From the NCBI GenBank assembly GCA_043228905.1, contig JBHGNT010000009.1, positions 21,328,001-21,392,000 of the forward strand: a stretch of DNA of 64,000 nucleotides, written 5' to 3'. Below, piece after piece: positions 11,305 to 25,149 of the stretch (its first letter is position 1; every line of letters begins with the position of its first letter). This DNA comes from Azolla caroliniana (taxonomy: Eukaryota > Plantae > Polypodiophyta). Under the pieces are notes generated by a model, which saw nothing but the letters and a program-made list of their open reading frames with translations, did not search any database and had not been told where the DNA came from. A program made the position numbers and the translations under genes.

Positions 11305-13511
11305 AACCTTATTTTGTACATCTCATGCGATTACTCGATCAACAACAAGAAAGTGCTGCTCAAGTTTGAGTCTATTTTATCGAAGATAGTTGATCTACTA
11401 AAAGGCTTATTCCTGTATATTTCTAACCATTGTAATTCATTGCATCATTGGTTTTTTATTGCAAAAGCATTAATCAAGCTCAATCATTGGTGGAAACTGG
11501 CAACTCCAAGGCCCAGGCACAGGTTTGTGCCCACACACGCACTTACACTTTGTATGCTAAATGGCTACATGATTTGCAATTTAATGCATAGATCTCTTGG
11601 ATGTATATTTGATACTAACTCTAATGCACATTTGATAAATCCATAAAAAAATATCTCCTAAGAGTCACCTTGCAAATCTTCATGTTATGTATTTGTGCAC
11701 AGGAATTATCTCAAACATTCATTCCTGGTGCTCATAAAGATACGTCCAAGCAAAATATGAAAAGGTAAAAGTTTGCAAACAAGTAAAAAGCAGAGGTTTA
11801 AAAACTTCCAAGAAGCAACTGATGATGATAAGGAATATTGGAAACTTTTTTACAGTTCAATATTTACCTCACCTTAAAGCTTTCCGACCCAATGTTTTTA
11901 ATGAAAAAAAATAGAACCAAACTGCATGAAAAGATAGGGTTCTTTACAATTCGACTTCAAAATCATTTTTTGTACATGTGAAATCTCGAGTGCAAGCAAA
12001 GTGTTGTGATGTGAAAAATAAAGAAAGTCATCCCATATTTTGGACAAATCATTACTATTTGATGGCAATGGCATTGATCTTCGGTTGTAATGGATTCATG
12101 AAATGCCTAAGGCTTTTTATACATTTCTGTATACAATCTCTTGTAACATATTGAATTCATTCTGGCATAAAGAATAATGGATTGATAAATGTGCAAGCTC
12201 ACTTCTTTTTTCTTTTTCTCAACACTACTTATATTACTAGTGGCAAACCTCCGTGTGAGACAAAAACCCCAGAGAAACGTAGAAGCTTTCATTCAATGCT
12301 CAAACGTTCATTCAAAGATTTCAGCTCTGTTGTAACATGTTGAATTTATTTTGACATGAAGAATAATGGATAGATAAACGTGTAACTTATATTACTAGTG
12401 GTAAACCTCCTTGTGAGACAAAAACCCACAGAAATGTAGAAGCTTTCAAGATCATAAAATGGTGAGCATGATGGGAACTTTAGCAAGCTTTGTTTTTCCT
12501 AGCTATGGAGTGTATTCAAGCAGGAGAATACTTTCAAGTTTTGCCGGAAGTACAGCAACTTATTGGGAACTTCCTAGAACCAAGTATAGGGAAGTCTGAG
12601 AAGCAACAACATGAGGATCACCTATATGAATTACCAAGTTGAAAGAGCATTGTTATCTCTATGTCAATATCAAGAATTTATTGACCATGTGTGCTTCTAT
12701 ATGCTTCAAATGCGTCCTAATTTATAGAGTAGCATACATAGTTTGCAGCATTGCTAGAGTACAGATCACCATTACCAGATAATTTTAATAGCTATATTAA
12801 GAAGTTTCAAGAACGGTTTGGATGTTTAATAGCTATATTAACATTTAGTTTCGATATCATCTCCAATAAGAACAATAAACAGCCAATCTTGCTAGGGTTT
12901 GGTAATCCCAAAACGTGAGACCAAATTCGATAGTCTGGTAATCCCATCCTCATGCATTGTAAGAAAGTGACATCTCGCATGTCTATATATATATACATTG
13001 GGTAGCTACTTCCTACACTTTTTTTCTACAATATGTATCTCTTCCGTAACTAGTGACAAGGTTTATGTATTTGATATCTCTTCCTTCCGTAACTAGTTAC
13101 ATTGGGTTGGCATTGTCCAAAGGGTGATTGGCATTTAAACTGTCATTATCCAAAGAGTGAGTTGACATTCCATAATTAAAACCCGACAGCCAGAAATACA
13201 ATTTCTTATTTTCTTCGAAAGAAAGAAAAATGGCAACTAGAATTGGAAACAAAGAGTATAATGTCTAGAAGTGAGTTTCTTGGGGGTAAAGAAACATTTC
13301 TTTCCACCACAACAATAGAAAAAACTAGGAATGAAAAAATCAAGTGACTACTCTTTTGTTTTCTTTCTATTGCCATGTACAGCATCATCATTATCATGTA
13401 CAGTTTCAGGAACGAGGATGAAATAAAATCCGTGGCCATCAATGAGAACTAGAAGCAACAGAAAAAAGAGATGAAGAGAGAAGAAGCAAGGCCATCACAT
13501 GTAGTAATCAC

Positions 13512-13592
13512 CTTCTCTGCAAAGGAAGACGGTACCACCAAGTGTGTCCTAGAAGATGATCTTCGACTCATACACATATCTTCTGGAATAGT
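13512..13592 (-). CDS. TPX2-like protein, exon 3 (further exons not resolved)
   Basis: TTGCAG acceptor; 81 nt in frame, TIPEDMCMSRRSSSRTHLVVPSSFAEK; GTGATT donor. Confidence 0.5.
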
Positions 13593-13721
13593 CTGCAAAT
13601 CACGTAGAGAGTAAAACATTAAATAAAGTTGTCACCAATAGCTCAAAACGTTAATCTAGAAAAAATAAAAAAAATTGCTCCGAATTTGAATAAAATATTT
13701 CAGTGATAAAAAGCTTTTCAC

Positions 13722-13813
13722 CTGAGCTTGAATATTAGGCTTAGGTGATTGGCAAGTAAGCTCCTTTTCAGGCTTAGGTGATTGGTAAATAAGCTCCTTT
13801 TCGTGTGGGCAAC
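13722..13813 (-). CDS. TPX2-like protein, exon 2
   Basis: AG acceptor; phase 1 completes G-CPHEKELIYQSPKPEKELTCQSPKPNIQAQ; GT donor. Confidence 0.6.
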
Positions 13814-14346
13814 CTTCAACGACAAAATGATGGCATGAAATATGATTCATAAAATTATTCATGTAGCAGCAAAACAACCTAAACATTAGAGTACAAATAA
13901 TGACGTGATTTAGATAAAGCACTATCAATGTGACAAAAAGCGTAACGTAAAGTAGAAGCAATGAAAACCAAATCATGAAACAGAAACCAATTAGTTGATG
14001 TATAAACATGGCTAGAGATTTTGTAGGGTCAAAACAACACCCAGTTTTCATTGCCAGTCTATCCAATAATAGCCAATAAAAGTTTTGATTACAAATATAA
14101 AAAGAAAATCAAATAAACGCCTGAAGATGTTAGTATGTCATATAGTTAAAAATCACGTAGGCACAAATTAAGAAACTCCAGATTTTTTTTAAACGACTGA
14201 ATGTTCCAAGAAACGATGTTTTGGGGACCATTTTAAGGAAATGTTTAATGAACTATTTTAAGGAATTAGAGAGACATCTTGCAGATATTCGTTTATGAAA
14301 GAGATCTGTGATAATTCCTCGATGTGTGATATTGTCATATCCTTAC

Positions 14347-14509
14347 CAGGTCTTTTGCAGAACCACTCGTAATCATCCACAGGTACTTCGGGAAGTTCGA
14401 AATCAATCCATTTAGGGGCCTGGATGTTCTCATAGAAGAAGTCATTCAGAAAAGTTTCACTGTCTTTGTCATTATGAGGTGGATTAGGTTCCATGTTCGA
14501 GATCTCCAT
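14347..14509 (-). CDS. TPX2-like protein (N-terminal Aurora-binding-type motif), exon 1
   Basis: MEISNMEPN...FYENIQAPKWIDFELPEVPVDDYEWFCKRP, resembling the Y.AP.W.DF...WF motif; donor GTAAGG after 14347 (phase 1). Confidence 0.65.
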
Positions 14510-14529
14510 GGACGAATTGGAAATACAGA

Positions 14530-15019
14530 TGCAAGAAGAAGAAAGGAAAGGTTCCGAAATGGAAGAAGAATAGAGTATCGAAAAGAAAAGGAAAGAAGAT
14601 TCTGTAGAAGAAGAAGAAGAAAGTGATTGTAGCGATGGAATGAGAAGTCTATTGAGAAGTCGATGACAATGCCGCAATGGAATGAGAAGATGATGATGAA
14701 GATGGAGATGCAGCAATGGAAGAAGATGATGAAGAAGAATAGGAAGGTCTTCTTGAGGAGAAGAAAGAAACTCACTCGGAAATTGAAGAAGGAGAAGAAG
14801 AAGAAGAAGAAGAAGATGATGATGATGATGATGATGAAGACGAATTGAAGGTGAAGAAAGTCTTAAGGAGAAGAAAGAAATAATGGTCGGAAATTGAAGT
14901 AAGTAGAAGATGCAGAAGTAGACGAGCAGAAAATGAAGAGAAAGATACAGAAGAAATAATGGTGTAGGTGAAGGCGATGGAGAACTGGAAGAAGAAGAAG
15001 AAGAAGAAGAAGAAGAAGA

Positions 15020-15081
<62 letters not shown>

Positions 15082-15082
15082 A
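14530..15082. repeat. Compound microsatellites (GAA, GAT, GT, GA) upstream of the TPX2-like ATG
   Basis: Directly visible; pyrimidine-rich on the coding strand, typical of plant 5' UTRs. Confidence 0.85.
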
Positions 15083-15550
15083 AACGCAATGACATTCCAA
15101 CTTGTCATACGTATCATACGTGTCATTCGCATTCGCGTGTGATTCAATCCAACGTGCATGGGGTAAATCAACTCAAAGTTGGATTGGATTCACACGTTTG
15201 ATTGTATTTACTATTGATCTATATTATGAGCTAAATTTGTAATGAAAAAAAAGAAAAAAGAAAAGGAGCACGTATTTTTCCCTTTTGCAAACGTTTTCAA
15301 ACGTTCGAATGCTTGCACGAACACACGACTATTACATTCTATGGAACTTCCAAGAATAGGGTTGAAACATGTTTCTGATGTAATTTTGTCCTCAGAACTC
15401 CGTTTTTTTATGATTTTTTGGATCATTGCGAAGCTTGTTCAGAGGGCTTTCTAATGATTACTTAGACGTCAAGTTTCGTTATCATTACGAGAATCTACAA
15501 ACAAAATTGTCATCGTCTCAGGTTAGTTCCCTGAATCTCTATTAGATAGG

Positions 15551-16740
15551 ATGGTTGACACAACAATAGAAAGTGAGTTGATGATTGTTGATGGATGTGG
15601 TGATGATGATGTTTGTGAAAATTACAAGAGGCAAAAGTGTATTGATTCTACAGAACATGAGAAAACATCATATGTTGCTATTCTTGGTGGGAAAGATGTT
15701 ATCGGAGATGATTATGATATTGACAGTTATCGTGATTTTGTTAAGGCTTTGCTTTCTGATTTTATGGGAAAAAATGAGAAAGATGCTAAAGATTGTGTGG
15801 TGGAGGATGTTGTAGAGGTGGTGATGGAGACCAACTCTATGTTAGCAACTTTTGACAGGTTCTATAATCGTGGTGTTATTTTGTATTTCACTTGCAAACT
15901 TCGCTTGGTATCATGGATTAAGTAGTGGTTGAATTCATTCATAAACCTAATTGTGTTGAGGATGTGTATGTGGGTCCAAGAGGTTTCTATTATGTGGTTT
16001 TTCGATCGCCAGAACACCGTACGGCTTTGATGGCAAAAGTACCAATCTTTTTTGATAGAAGATTAGTGCATGTGATGGAATGGGTTCCAATGGTGGATTA
16101 TAAAGATTTATTAAAACAACAATGCCCAATTTGGGTGACAGTTGATTGTAGTAACTCATTCTTTTGGGATTGATTACCAGGATTGATGTCTCAAATTGGT
16201 AAAGTTTTGGTTACTCATGTTAATTCATTGAACAAATGTAGATTTTGCATGTTATGGGATACAAGTTGTAAACGTCCAGGATGGTTGAGTATTGATACAT
16301 CTCGATTTGGTCGATTTCGTTTTAAGCTTCAATGGGAAACTTTTGCCGGACACTATTTTAAATGTGATAAATTGGGGCATTTTATGGCTGAATGCCAATA
16401 TGATGGTGAACTATTCCCGGAAAATAATATCAAAGGGAAAAATAAGGAAGATGGTGAGAAGGATATTGTTTCAATGGTTGATATGGTTAGGGATGAAGGA
16501 ACATCTCATGGGTTAGAGCGAGATCCTAAAGTTCATGGTCATGTTAGAGGTGTTGGAGAGGAGAATGGAGTACGTATTAATGATGGCCCAAATGTTGAAG
16601 ATGGAGAGTGGCATCAAGTGAAGCATAAGACAAAAGGGAAGGGTGTTGCCATACAAAGGGACATAAAAAATACTAATGGTAAGGCATTCCCAAAATATAA
16701 TTTGAGATTGGAGGGGTTTAAGAAAAATCCTTGGTAGAAA
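15551..16740 (+). mobile_element. L1-type LINE ORF1 remnant (DUF4283/RRM-like region plus zinc knuckle)
   Basis: GFYYVVFRS...LVHVMEWVP...PIWVTV...IGKVL and a degenerate knuckle (Y)FKCDKLGHFMAEC; several stops. Confidence 0.8.
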
Positions 16741-17299
16741 CAAGTGCGAAACCAAAGATTGTTCAATCAATTACAATTTGATTCTTCAGGAAGGGTGGTG
16801 TGACCTCAATTAAATCAAGGACTTCGTCGTGGAGTTAGACAACAAAACCCTAGTATTGGTGGGGGGGATGTAGTACACACAAATCCTTATGCAGCGCTTG
16901 AACAAGTAGCTCGTACATTCATGAATACACTTGCTCATAAAGAGCAAGTTCTTACCAAAGGTGTTAAATGAAAGTGGTATCATGGAATGTGAGAGAGGCA
17001 TCTTCTCCTCATAAGAAATATATATTATGGAAAACTTTATTTGATAAAGAATGGGATGTTTTATGTGCAGTTGAACTTAAGTGTCATGATTTATTTATTT
17101 TCCAGAACAATATTCTTCATTAGTATAAATTCTTCATACATGAGAAAATGATTAGTCTGACAACATCGTAAAAGTTGCGGCCATGATAGGCCAATAAAAA
17201 ACTCAAAGACTCAAAGTAGAAGACTACAAGGAACGGTGGACACACATACATGACTCTTCTTCCCATCTCATGTGATCATTGGCTAAGACCCAATGTTCC

Positions 17300-17500
17300 T
17301 CCATCTTCTTCCATTCTCGCATGCTGATCAGCATACAAATAAACGCTCATCATCATGGCTTCACAATATATTTGACCTTTATCTACCATGGTTGTATGAC
17401 TACAAGCATTTCCAACCGGATTTGCTAAAACTCCATTTCTTCTCATTTGGCCATACCCTGCAAATGTGACAGAATTAGGAGAGAGATTCTCTTCTTTTGC
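17300..17500 (-). pseudogene. PPR (PLS-class) gene fragment
   Basis: EENLSPNSVTF, QMRRNGVLANPV and NACSH..MVDKGQIYCEAM are PPR repeat motifs joined with internal deletions. Confidence 0.6.
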
Positions 17501-17789
17501 ATCCACTCAAAAACATTAAGAGTCTGCTCTTCAAGCTCCTAGTGCACATAACCTGTAAACAATGTATTCTATGTCAATGTGTTCCATGTCAGTGTATTCC
17601 ATGTCAATGTATTCCATGTCAAGCACTGCCTTTTGCTCATGCCACATTTCACATCATATCTATTAGTGCATTTCCAACAAGTTGGCTTTTTCAGAAAAGC
17701 TCTTTCCTCTCAGAATTGAAATGCATCTCCTCGCCCTTGTTTGTGGATCTAATGCACCCACAAGCTTTCAAAATTCCTGCAGAAAACTA

Positions 17790-18097
<308 letters not shown>

Positions 18098-18459
18098 TCA
18101 CTACAAGAACATTCTCATGATTCATGTGAGCAAGAATCTTAATTTCGTCAAGCATATGAAAAGACTAGTTCTCTACTAAAATCCACTCTCCTCAGACCCT
18201 CACTAAACTTTGCTTCTGCCTCTGCCACCATCTTCGCTCATCGTTATATAAACTATAAACAAAAATGTGCTTCAAATATTTCCACATCAGCCATCTCTCC
18301 ATTTTCCTTGAAATTCCTGCATAGACAACCAAGAAAAAATTAGTTGTCCCAATCCATCCATTCATGACGTTGACAACATTCTCGCTCATCCTTTCAAAAA
18401 AATAAACAGCTTCCTTTTCCACAACATCCAACTTGGCAATCACCGCTCGTTTTCAACAA

Positions 18460-18950
18460 TTTCCTATACCTACTCATAATATTTTGCTTCACCCCCCATG
18501 CCGTCTTCGCTCATCCTTATCCCTCAAAAAATTCTTCTTATGTCCACATCAACCATCTCACCGATTACCACCAAATTCCAACTCATGATAATTGTTTCTT
18601 CAACCCCCACACCATCTACACTCATCCTTATCGCTCAGAAGAAATTGCTTCTTACATCCACAACAACCATCTTGCCTTCTCGCTAATCGGCACCAAATTT
18701 TGGCTTGCCATGTCCTTGATTTCCTTCCATCAATCATCCTGCCATATAGACCACAAACAAATTAATGTAAAAAAACCCTCACCAACTCATGATAATATAC
18801 TTCTTCAACCCCCACACCATCTACACTCCTCCTTATCACTCATAAGAAAATTGCTTCTTACATCCACAACAACCATCTTGCCTTATCGTTAATCGGCACC
18901 CAATTTTGGCTTGCCATGTCCTTGATTTTCACCAACATCAATTATCCTGA
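18460..18950. repeat. Imperfect tandem duplication (units of about 100-200 bp)
   Basis: CCCCACACCATCTACACTC...ACAACAACCATCTTGCC...GGCTTGCCATGTCCTTGATT occurs at about 18570-18760 and 18780-18950. Confidence 0.7.
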
Positions 18951-18979
18951 CAAAAAGATCAACGGTCATCTATATTATA

Positions 18980-21900
18980 TCATGTTATTTCTACTAAAGA
19001 TGGTGTCAGTGGTGGGAATAACCACCGAGGTGGTACATAGTCCCACTTGACATTTGCGGCTTCATTCAACATAATAGGTGTAGACAACCAAACTTTACGA
19101 ATTCTCATTCTTTTCTTATTAGTTGTGTGTTCAAAACCCTTATAACTATCATATTCACCTTTAACTGTATGTACCAATAAGTTCCAAAAGGACTTAACCT
19201 GATCCAAGATGTGAGTGTTTTCATCATTTTATAGGTTGGAGCACCTAGCTTTCCAAAGAATCCATAAAGCCAAAGAGGAGACAATTTGCCAGACGTGACT
19301 CCGGGAGAAAAACTTGATTCCCTGCAATGAGGTTGAAATATAGTCTACCTGCAAACTTGTGACACATAATGACAAAGATGAGTAATGCTGATGATAGAAA
19401 GTCATTTGTTGATCTAACCTTCCCCATAAGACTGCACCCCACGTAAAAATCTATGACCTATACTTACAACCTAGTAGCCTAAGAATTCTAAACCAAAACT
19501 TTTTTGCGACAACACATTCCCAAAATACATGATGCAATGACTCACTTGCATAACCACACATAACACATGACCGATCAGTTACAGATCCCCTCATCAAATC
19601 ACCTATTGGCAACGCATAATGAATCATCAACCAACGAAAGTGTAATATCTTGTTCATACATTTAATTGACCAAAAGTGTTTCCAAAACATCATCATCTGA
19701 GAAGATGATACATTACCTTCGTCCCAATACTTTTTTCCCGTAGGTATTGACTCAGTCTGACACAACATAAAGTTTCTCTCGAACGCCACCGAATATGTGA
19801 AGAATGGTAGGACCTTAGTGGAATTATTAGGCATGGACAATTTCCAACCATAATCTGTAGGATCCCACTACAAATCCACAAGTGGTCTAGCATGTACAAC
19901 CCAAATATGAGATGCATAGCTAACAATTAAGGGACTAGGGTTAATAACCAATTTTTTATCCAATCTAGCAATTACTCGCACTGGTAATTGCTTTGCAGCA
20001 GACATGATTGGAGACTCGACATCTACTAATACCAACCTACCATTATCCAATACTTCATAGAAGTGAATACTGCCATTTTGATGATATAAACGAGCACCTA
20101 TAAGTATATTAAGTGTCGAAAACAGATCGTACCACCTTTGAAAATGATTGAGTTGCAAAGTTGGTATTGTGACCTAATACACCATGGACAATTGATCTAC
20201 CATTATATTTGCCCCTCTTAACCTATACAACCTATTCTTTCAGTCCTGAGCCGATGTCTGCAAGAATTTTATCCAATCCACAACTGTACGAGCTGGACCA
20301 TTATCTATTGCAACCCAAGATAACCTAGGCCTTAGACCCAACACACATGTGGCTTCATCCGTAAATAAAGGGTTCCATATCAAAGGTTGACGCATGAATT
20401 GAGGATAAGTTTTCGGAGGCAAGAAAACGAGTGCTTGGCGAATACTTTCCCATGCTCGAAATATTCCATTAAAAAAACCTAAGGATCCAACATTAGACTT
20501 CGGCAATGGAAAATCTGCATTAAAAAACCATCTAAGACTATCTTTCCATTGACCACCTGTTGATGGCTTAACGTTATGTAAATGCCAAATCCATAGCTTT
20601 TTCCATAACTCCTCTCCTAGCAATAAACTCCTAACAACATGTTTAGAAAGTAAGGCTTTACTTTGCATAAAAGGATCAATCAAACCTAAACCTCCTTTCC
20701 GCTTAGGTTGTATAAGAACCGTCCAAGCTACCTTTGCTACCGAATTGTTAGACGCGTTGTTCCCCCAAATAAAATTCCGTATTAGGCGTTGAACTTTAAT
20801 CATTATTGTCCTTGAAAATAGCCATGTAGATGCTATATACCAAATCGAGGACAAAAGGACCGAATTAGCTACAACTATCCGACCTGCTAAAGATAACTTT
20901 TCCTTATTCTAGTAAATTAACTTATTCCTTAATCTTAATAACAAGGGTGCAACCATATCCTTTGCCTTTAATTCCAAGCCCACTCTACAGCCTAAATACC
21001 TAATGAACTGACCTTTAGGTATCCATGTGAATCTTGAGGAAGGCACATTAACTGGCGGCTCTCCCGGAGCAACCCAAAAGCCTAATGAATTATTCCAATT
21101 TATCAATGCACCCAATGCATCTGAAAAATCATCCACAACCTTTTGCACCTGTGCTAAATTTAATCGTGAAGCCTGAACATATAAAGATGTGTCATCAACA
21201 AACTCACTATCCACATCAGCATACGACACTGGTAATGCTAACCCTTTGATATTTACATCTTGAGAATTAAGATGTATAGAAAATGCTTCAGATACTAATA
21301 AAAACAGGAAAGGAGCAAGTGGACATCCTTGTCTTACTGATCTTGAGATTGGGAATCTCCTACCAACATCCCCTGCAAATAAAAGAGAGCTATACGCATC
21401 ACGATATGTTGATACTCCTCTTATCCATGTGTTTGGGAAACCCATCCTAACCAATGTTACCTCCATAAAATCCTAGTCCACTCTGACATAAGCCTTTTCA
21501 AAATCAAGAAATAATACTGCTAAGTCTTGCTTACGCAATTCCGCAAAGGCAACCATTTCCCAAAAGAGAATAATGTTATCAAAAATACTTCTCTCTTGTA
21601 TGAAACCAGTCTGAGAATCATGGATCAGCTCCGACAGATAAGGCTGTAGCCTTCTAGCTAATGTTTTTGCTAATATTTTATAAATAACATTCAACAAGGT
21701 AATTGGTCTCCAATGTTGAAGTTCTTATAATTGTCCACTTGATTTAGGTATCATATAAATTAAACCCTCCTTCCATTCTTGTGGCATATTTCCCGAATCT
21801 AATATCTTTTGGTAGGCTTTGGTCAATCCATCACCTATCAAATCCCAATATTGGATATACCACTGGACTCCCAACCCATCCAAGCCAGGACATACATCTT

Positions 21901-24900
21901 TAGCAAGGGCTTTAGTAGCCTTAAAAACCTCTAGAGAATTTAACGGTTGTAAAAGAAAATCTATCAGTTTTACAGATACCCTATTCTGAATCTTTGACCA
22001 TATGATGTCCCTTTTAATCAAATCAATCTACGAAAATGACCTAGCTTTCAACAAAGTCTCATAATAATCTGAGGCTATTTGCCTCATCTGACTAGAATCC
22101 GTGGTATAAGAGCCGTCCTGACATTTTAACCTCGAAATCCTAACAGATGTCTTATGATGATTATGCATTGCAAAAAACAGTTTATTTACTTTATCTCCCG
22201 ATTCTACCCATGAAGACGATATATTATGATAATTAAAATCTGCTGAAATCTTTTGTAATTCCAATATCTGGTTCCCTACTTGTATCACACGAGAATTTAT
22301 ATACGTCGAATATGGTCTTCTCTCTTGTAGATGTTGCAAAGATTTCAACCCCCTACGAAGTCTTCCTATTTTAGTACAAGACTCATAAAATACTTGTTTA
22401 ACTTTACAGTGGAAAAATTGTTGTGTTTCGCTAATAGCGTTTTGAACACTAGATAATGCATAATCATATGAATAGTCGTATTTGTTCCAAATATTATGCA
22501 CACTAGGAGCACAATCTTGTCTAAACGTGAGCTACACCGCCTAGAAGCCATGGCTAGGGCACTCTCTACATTGGAACCCACATCAAGACCCTTTGACCCC
22601 CCACTTCTTTTCGAGAGGCTTGGGTGGAAATAAAATTAGGCTTAGTGTATAGTCACTTTCGAGTATACTACATATTGTACACTACTAGAACTCTTTTAGT
22701 TTAAGTTCTATTTTTTACTTAATTTTATTTTAGTTATGATAACTGGATAAATACTCTTTTGTTGTAAAACAATTGTCTCATGGGCCAAATTTGGCCTTAG
22801 AAGACGTTAATATTTCTTTCTTTCTTTCTTTCTTTCTAAGAAACACATGATTTGGAATTTTAAACCTAGAATTTCTATGTTGCTCCTGCAAGACTATAAC
22901 TAACCAAAGTGGTGCATGATCAGAAAAGGAAAATGAAGGTAAAATTCCAATTGAGACTCCTTTGTCCCACAAAAAATTATCCGCATAAACTCTATCTAAC
23001 CTAGACAAATCGGTATTTGATTGTTTTCTATCCAAACATGAATAAGCTAAGGAATCTTGCATGCGTTCAAAGGAAGACACATGCCACAAGTCCATTAAAC
23101 CTAAAGAAAAGATCAACCACTCCCATTCATATAATTCTGAACCAAATAATGGTTGAAATGTGCCTCCTAACCTATCACACGCATCCTCCAACATATTAAA
23201 GTCACCCGCAATTGCCCAATGTTCAACAACTGGTAATTGTGGCATTATGCTCTTCCATAATGCCGTTCTATCTCTTGCATGATTCGGTGCATAAATATTC
23301 AACAAACCCCACTTCTTTGAACCAATTTGAAGAATTATATACTGTCCTCTACCACAATCCAAAACTCCATAATGCATGAAAGCAGACCACCAAATATCGC
23401 TTATTGTTATACAAAGACTTGCTTTCAAACTATTATCCCCAATCGCAGGCACCCAGAATTGTTTCCACTGGCCTGGCAACAAATTTCCATATTTTTGAAT
23501 TCTTTGTTCATTTAAATGATGCTCTTGAATAAGAAAAACATCAATCCTACCGATCAAAGATTTTCTTAGCTGACGACAAAAAACACTCCTTACCTTACAA
23601 CAATGTCTACCTCCTAAGCCTCGTACATTCCATGAAATAAGATTGAACCTATCCATCATTCATGTTTTGCCCACCTACTCTTTTTTCGGCTAGTGCACCT
23701 TCTCTATCTTTCCTTCCATCCTCCGTGGCCCTTAATTGTCTCCTATTTGACCACATGTCTTTTCCGGACAACTTATGGGCACGCACTGGCAAATGTTTAT
23801 CTGCTATAGAGACCCTATCGGAGGACTTAGTAGTTGTAAACGCCGCTATATTGCCACAATCCATATCTGTATGTGATGTGTCTACCTTGACCACTTCCTT
23901 TGTTGTAATCTCATTCACTACTATGGACCTATTATCTTGTTGTACTTTATGTAAAACCAACTGCTTGTCCTTACTTGATTGATTATTAACCCTAGAAAAA
24001 GATTCTACTGTTTGCACCTTATTTGTATTATGATCCAGCTGATGCTCCATTGTGCCAGCTGGAATGGACAAACTACCATCAACTTTACTACTCCCTGCTT
24101 CCTTTTCAAGTGTTTGTAAAGATTGATAAGGATTAGCCTCTAGTAGTAACAGTGGATTAATTATCTTATTAGTCGGTTTAAAAACATGTTTATTAGACAC
24201 TGTAGACCAGCCATCTTTACTAACATGTTGTCAAGTAGTTGGATGAGCATCAATATTGACATTCGAGCGTTTCTTTTGACAATCTCGACCTAAATGCCCA
24301 AACTGTCGACACACAAAACATTGATCGGGCAAACCTTGATAATATACCTTTTGTATAATCGGTGGTTTATTTATAAGTAGATTAGGTAAAGAAATAGTTG
24401 TCGGCAAACGTCTAGATCTTGGTGCGATTATCCTAACTGCAGGGGCCCCACACACTCTATCTATTCCATAATCCTGTCCGTAACGCGTAGCAATCACCTT
24501 ACCAAACAATGCCCCAATACTAGGCAAAACATTCCTCCATTCCTTTCTCAATCCAGGAAATATTGCCGTAAAAAGCATAGTAGACTCTTGATCTTGCAAT
24601 ATGTCATCTACCTTAATATTATGCGACCATTTATAAAAAGACAACCACGCACCTTCCACTCCAGCCTCCTTAATTGCCAATAACTTTGTGACGGATTCCT
24701 CATCGACAAACTCCACATGGTAGCATCCTCGAGACATGAATTGAATGTCGACAATGTTATCCGTTTCCTCCGAAAAGGCAGCGCAACGTACAAAGTATGT
24801 CGAAGCTCCGATCTATTCAATCTCGCACCCTGTACCTGCACAACCAAAGAAAACACCTCTAAACGTTGAACCTCTCCTAAGACTCTGATTTATCCTCCTC

Positions 24901-25140
24901 CGACAGCATTAGGTCAACTTGCTCATCACAAAGATGAGGCAAAAGTTGGGGGGGTACACTGGACTCCCCTGTACGCATGTACGGCCCAGCCACAGATGGA
25001 ACCTGTGTTTGATCCGCCGTCGACCTCCTGCTAGTGGTGGAAATAGGTCGCACTGTGGCGGCACTGTTTGCACCACACGCGACCTACTCGTTTTCTGCCT
25101 GCTGCGTCTGTTGCATCGTTCCTCGTTGTTTCCAAGACCA
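18980..25140 (-). mobile_element. Near full-length degenerate L1-type LINE (ORF1; ORF2 with APE endonuclease, RT and zf-RVT)
   Basis: ORF1 knuckle CFVCRQFGHLGRDC; ORF2 ISWNVRGL, IQEHH, IYAPN, GDFN, SRLDRVY, SDHAPL, PGLDG, LDFEKAY, SVRQGCPLAPFLF, FVDDT, IRYLG, C..C...ESLHHVFWEC. Confidence 0.93.
22525..22834 (+). mobile_element. Short 5'-truncated non-LTR retroelement insertion with (TTTC)n tail (RTE-like) inside the LINE
   Basis: TCTAA duplicated at 22520-22524 and 22835-22839; removing it restores LINE ORF2 (HVFLR-QDCAPSVHNIW). Confidence 0.75.
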
Positions 25141-25149
25141 AAAATATAA

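Noticed and set aside
14258-15201. 280-aa and other ORFs with poly-S/H/L/F tracts
   Set aside because: Read-through of microsatellites; only the part from ATG 14509 looks coding.
22772-22806. Hammerhead-like look of CTCATGGGCCAAATTTGGCCTTAGAA
   Set aside because: Lacks CTGANGA and GAAA and has no stems I/III; better explained as a LINE 3' stem-loop.
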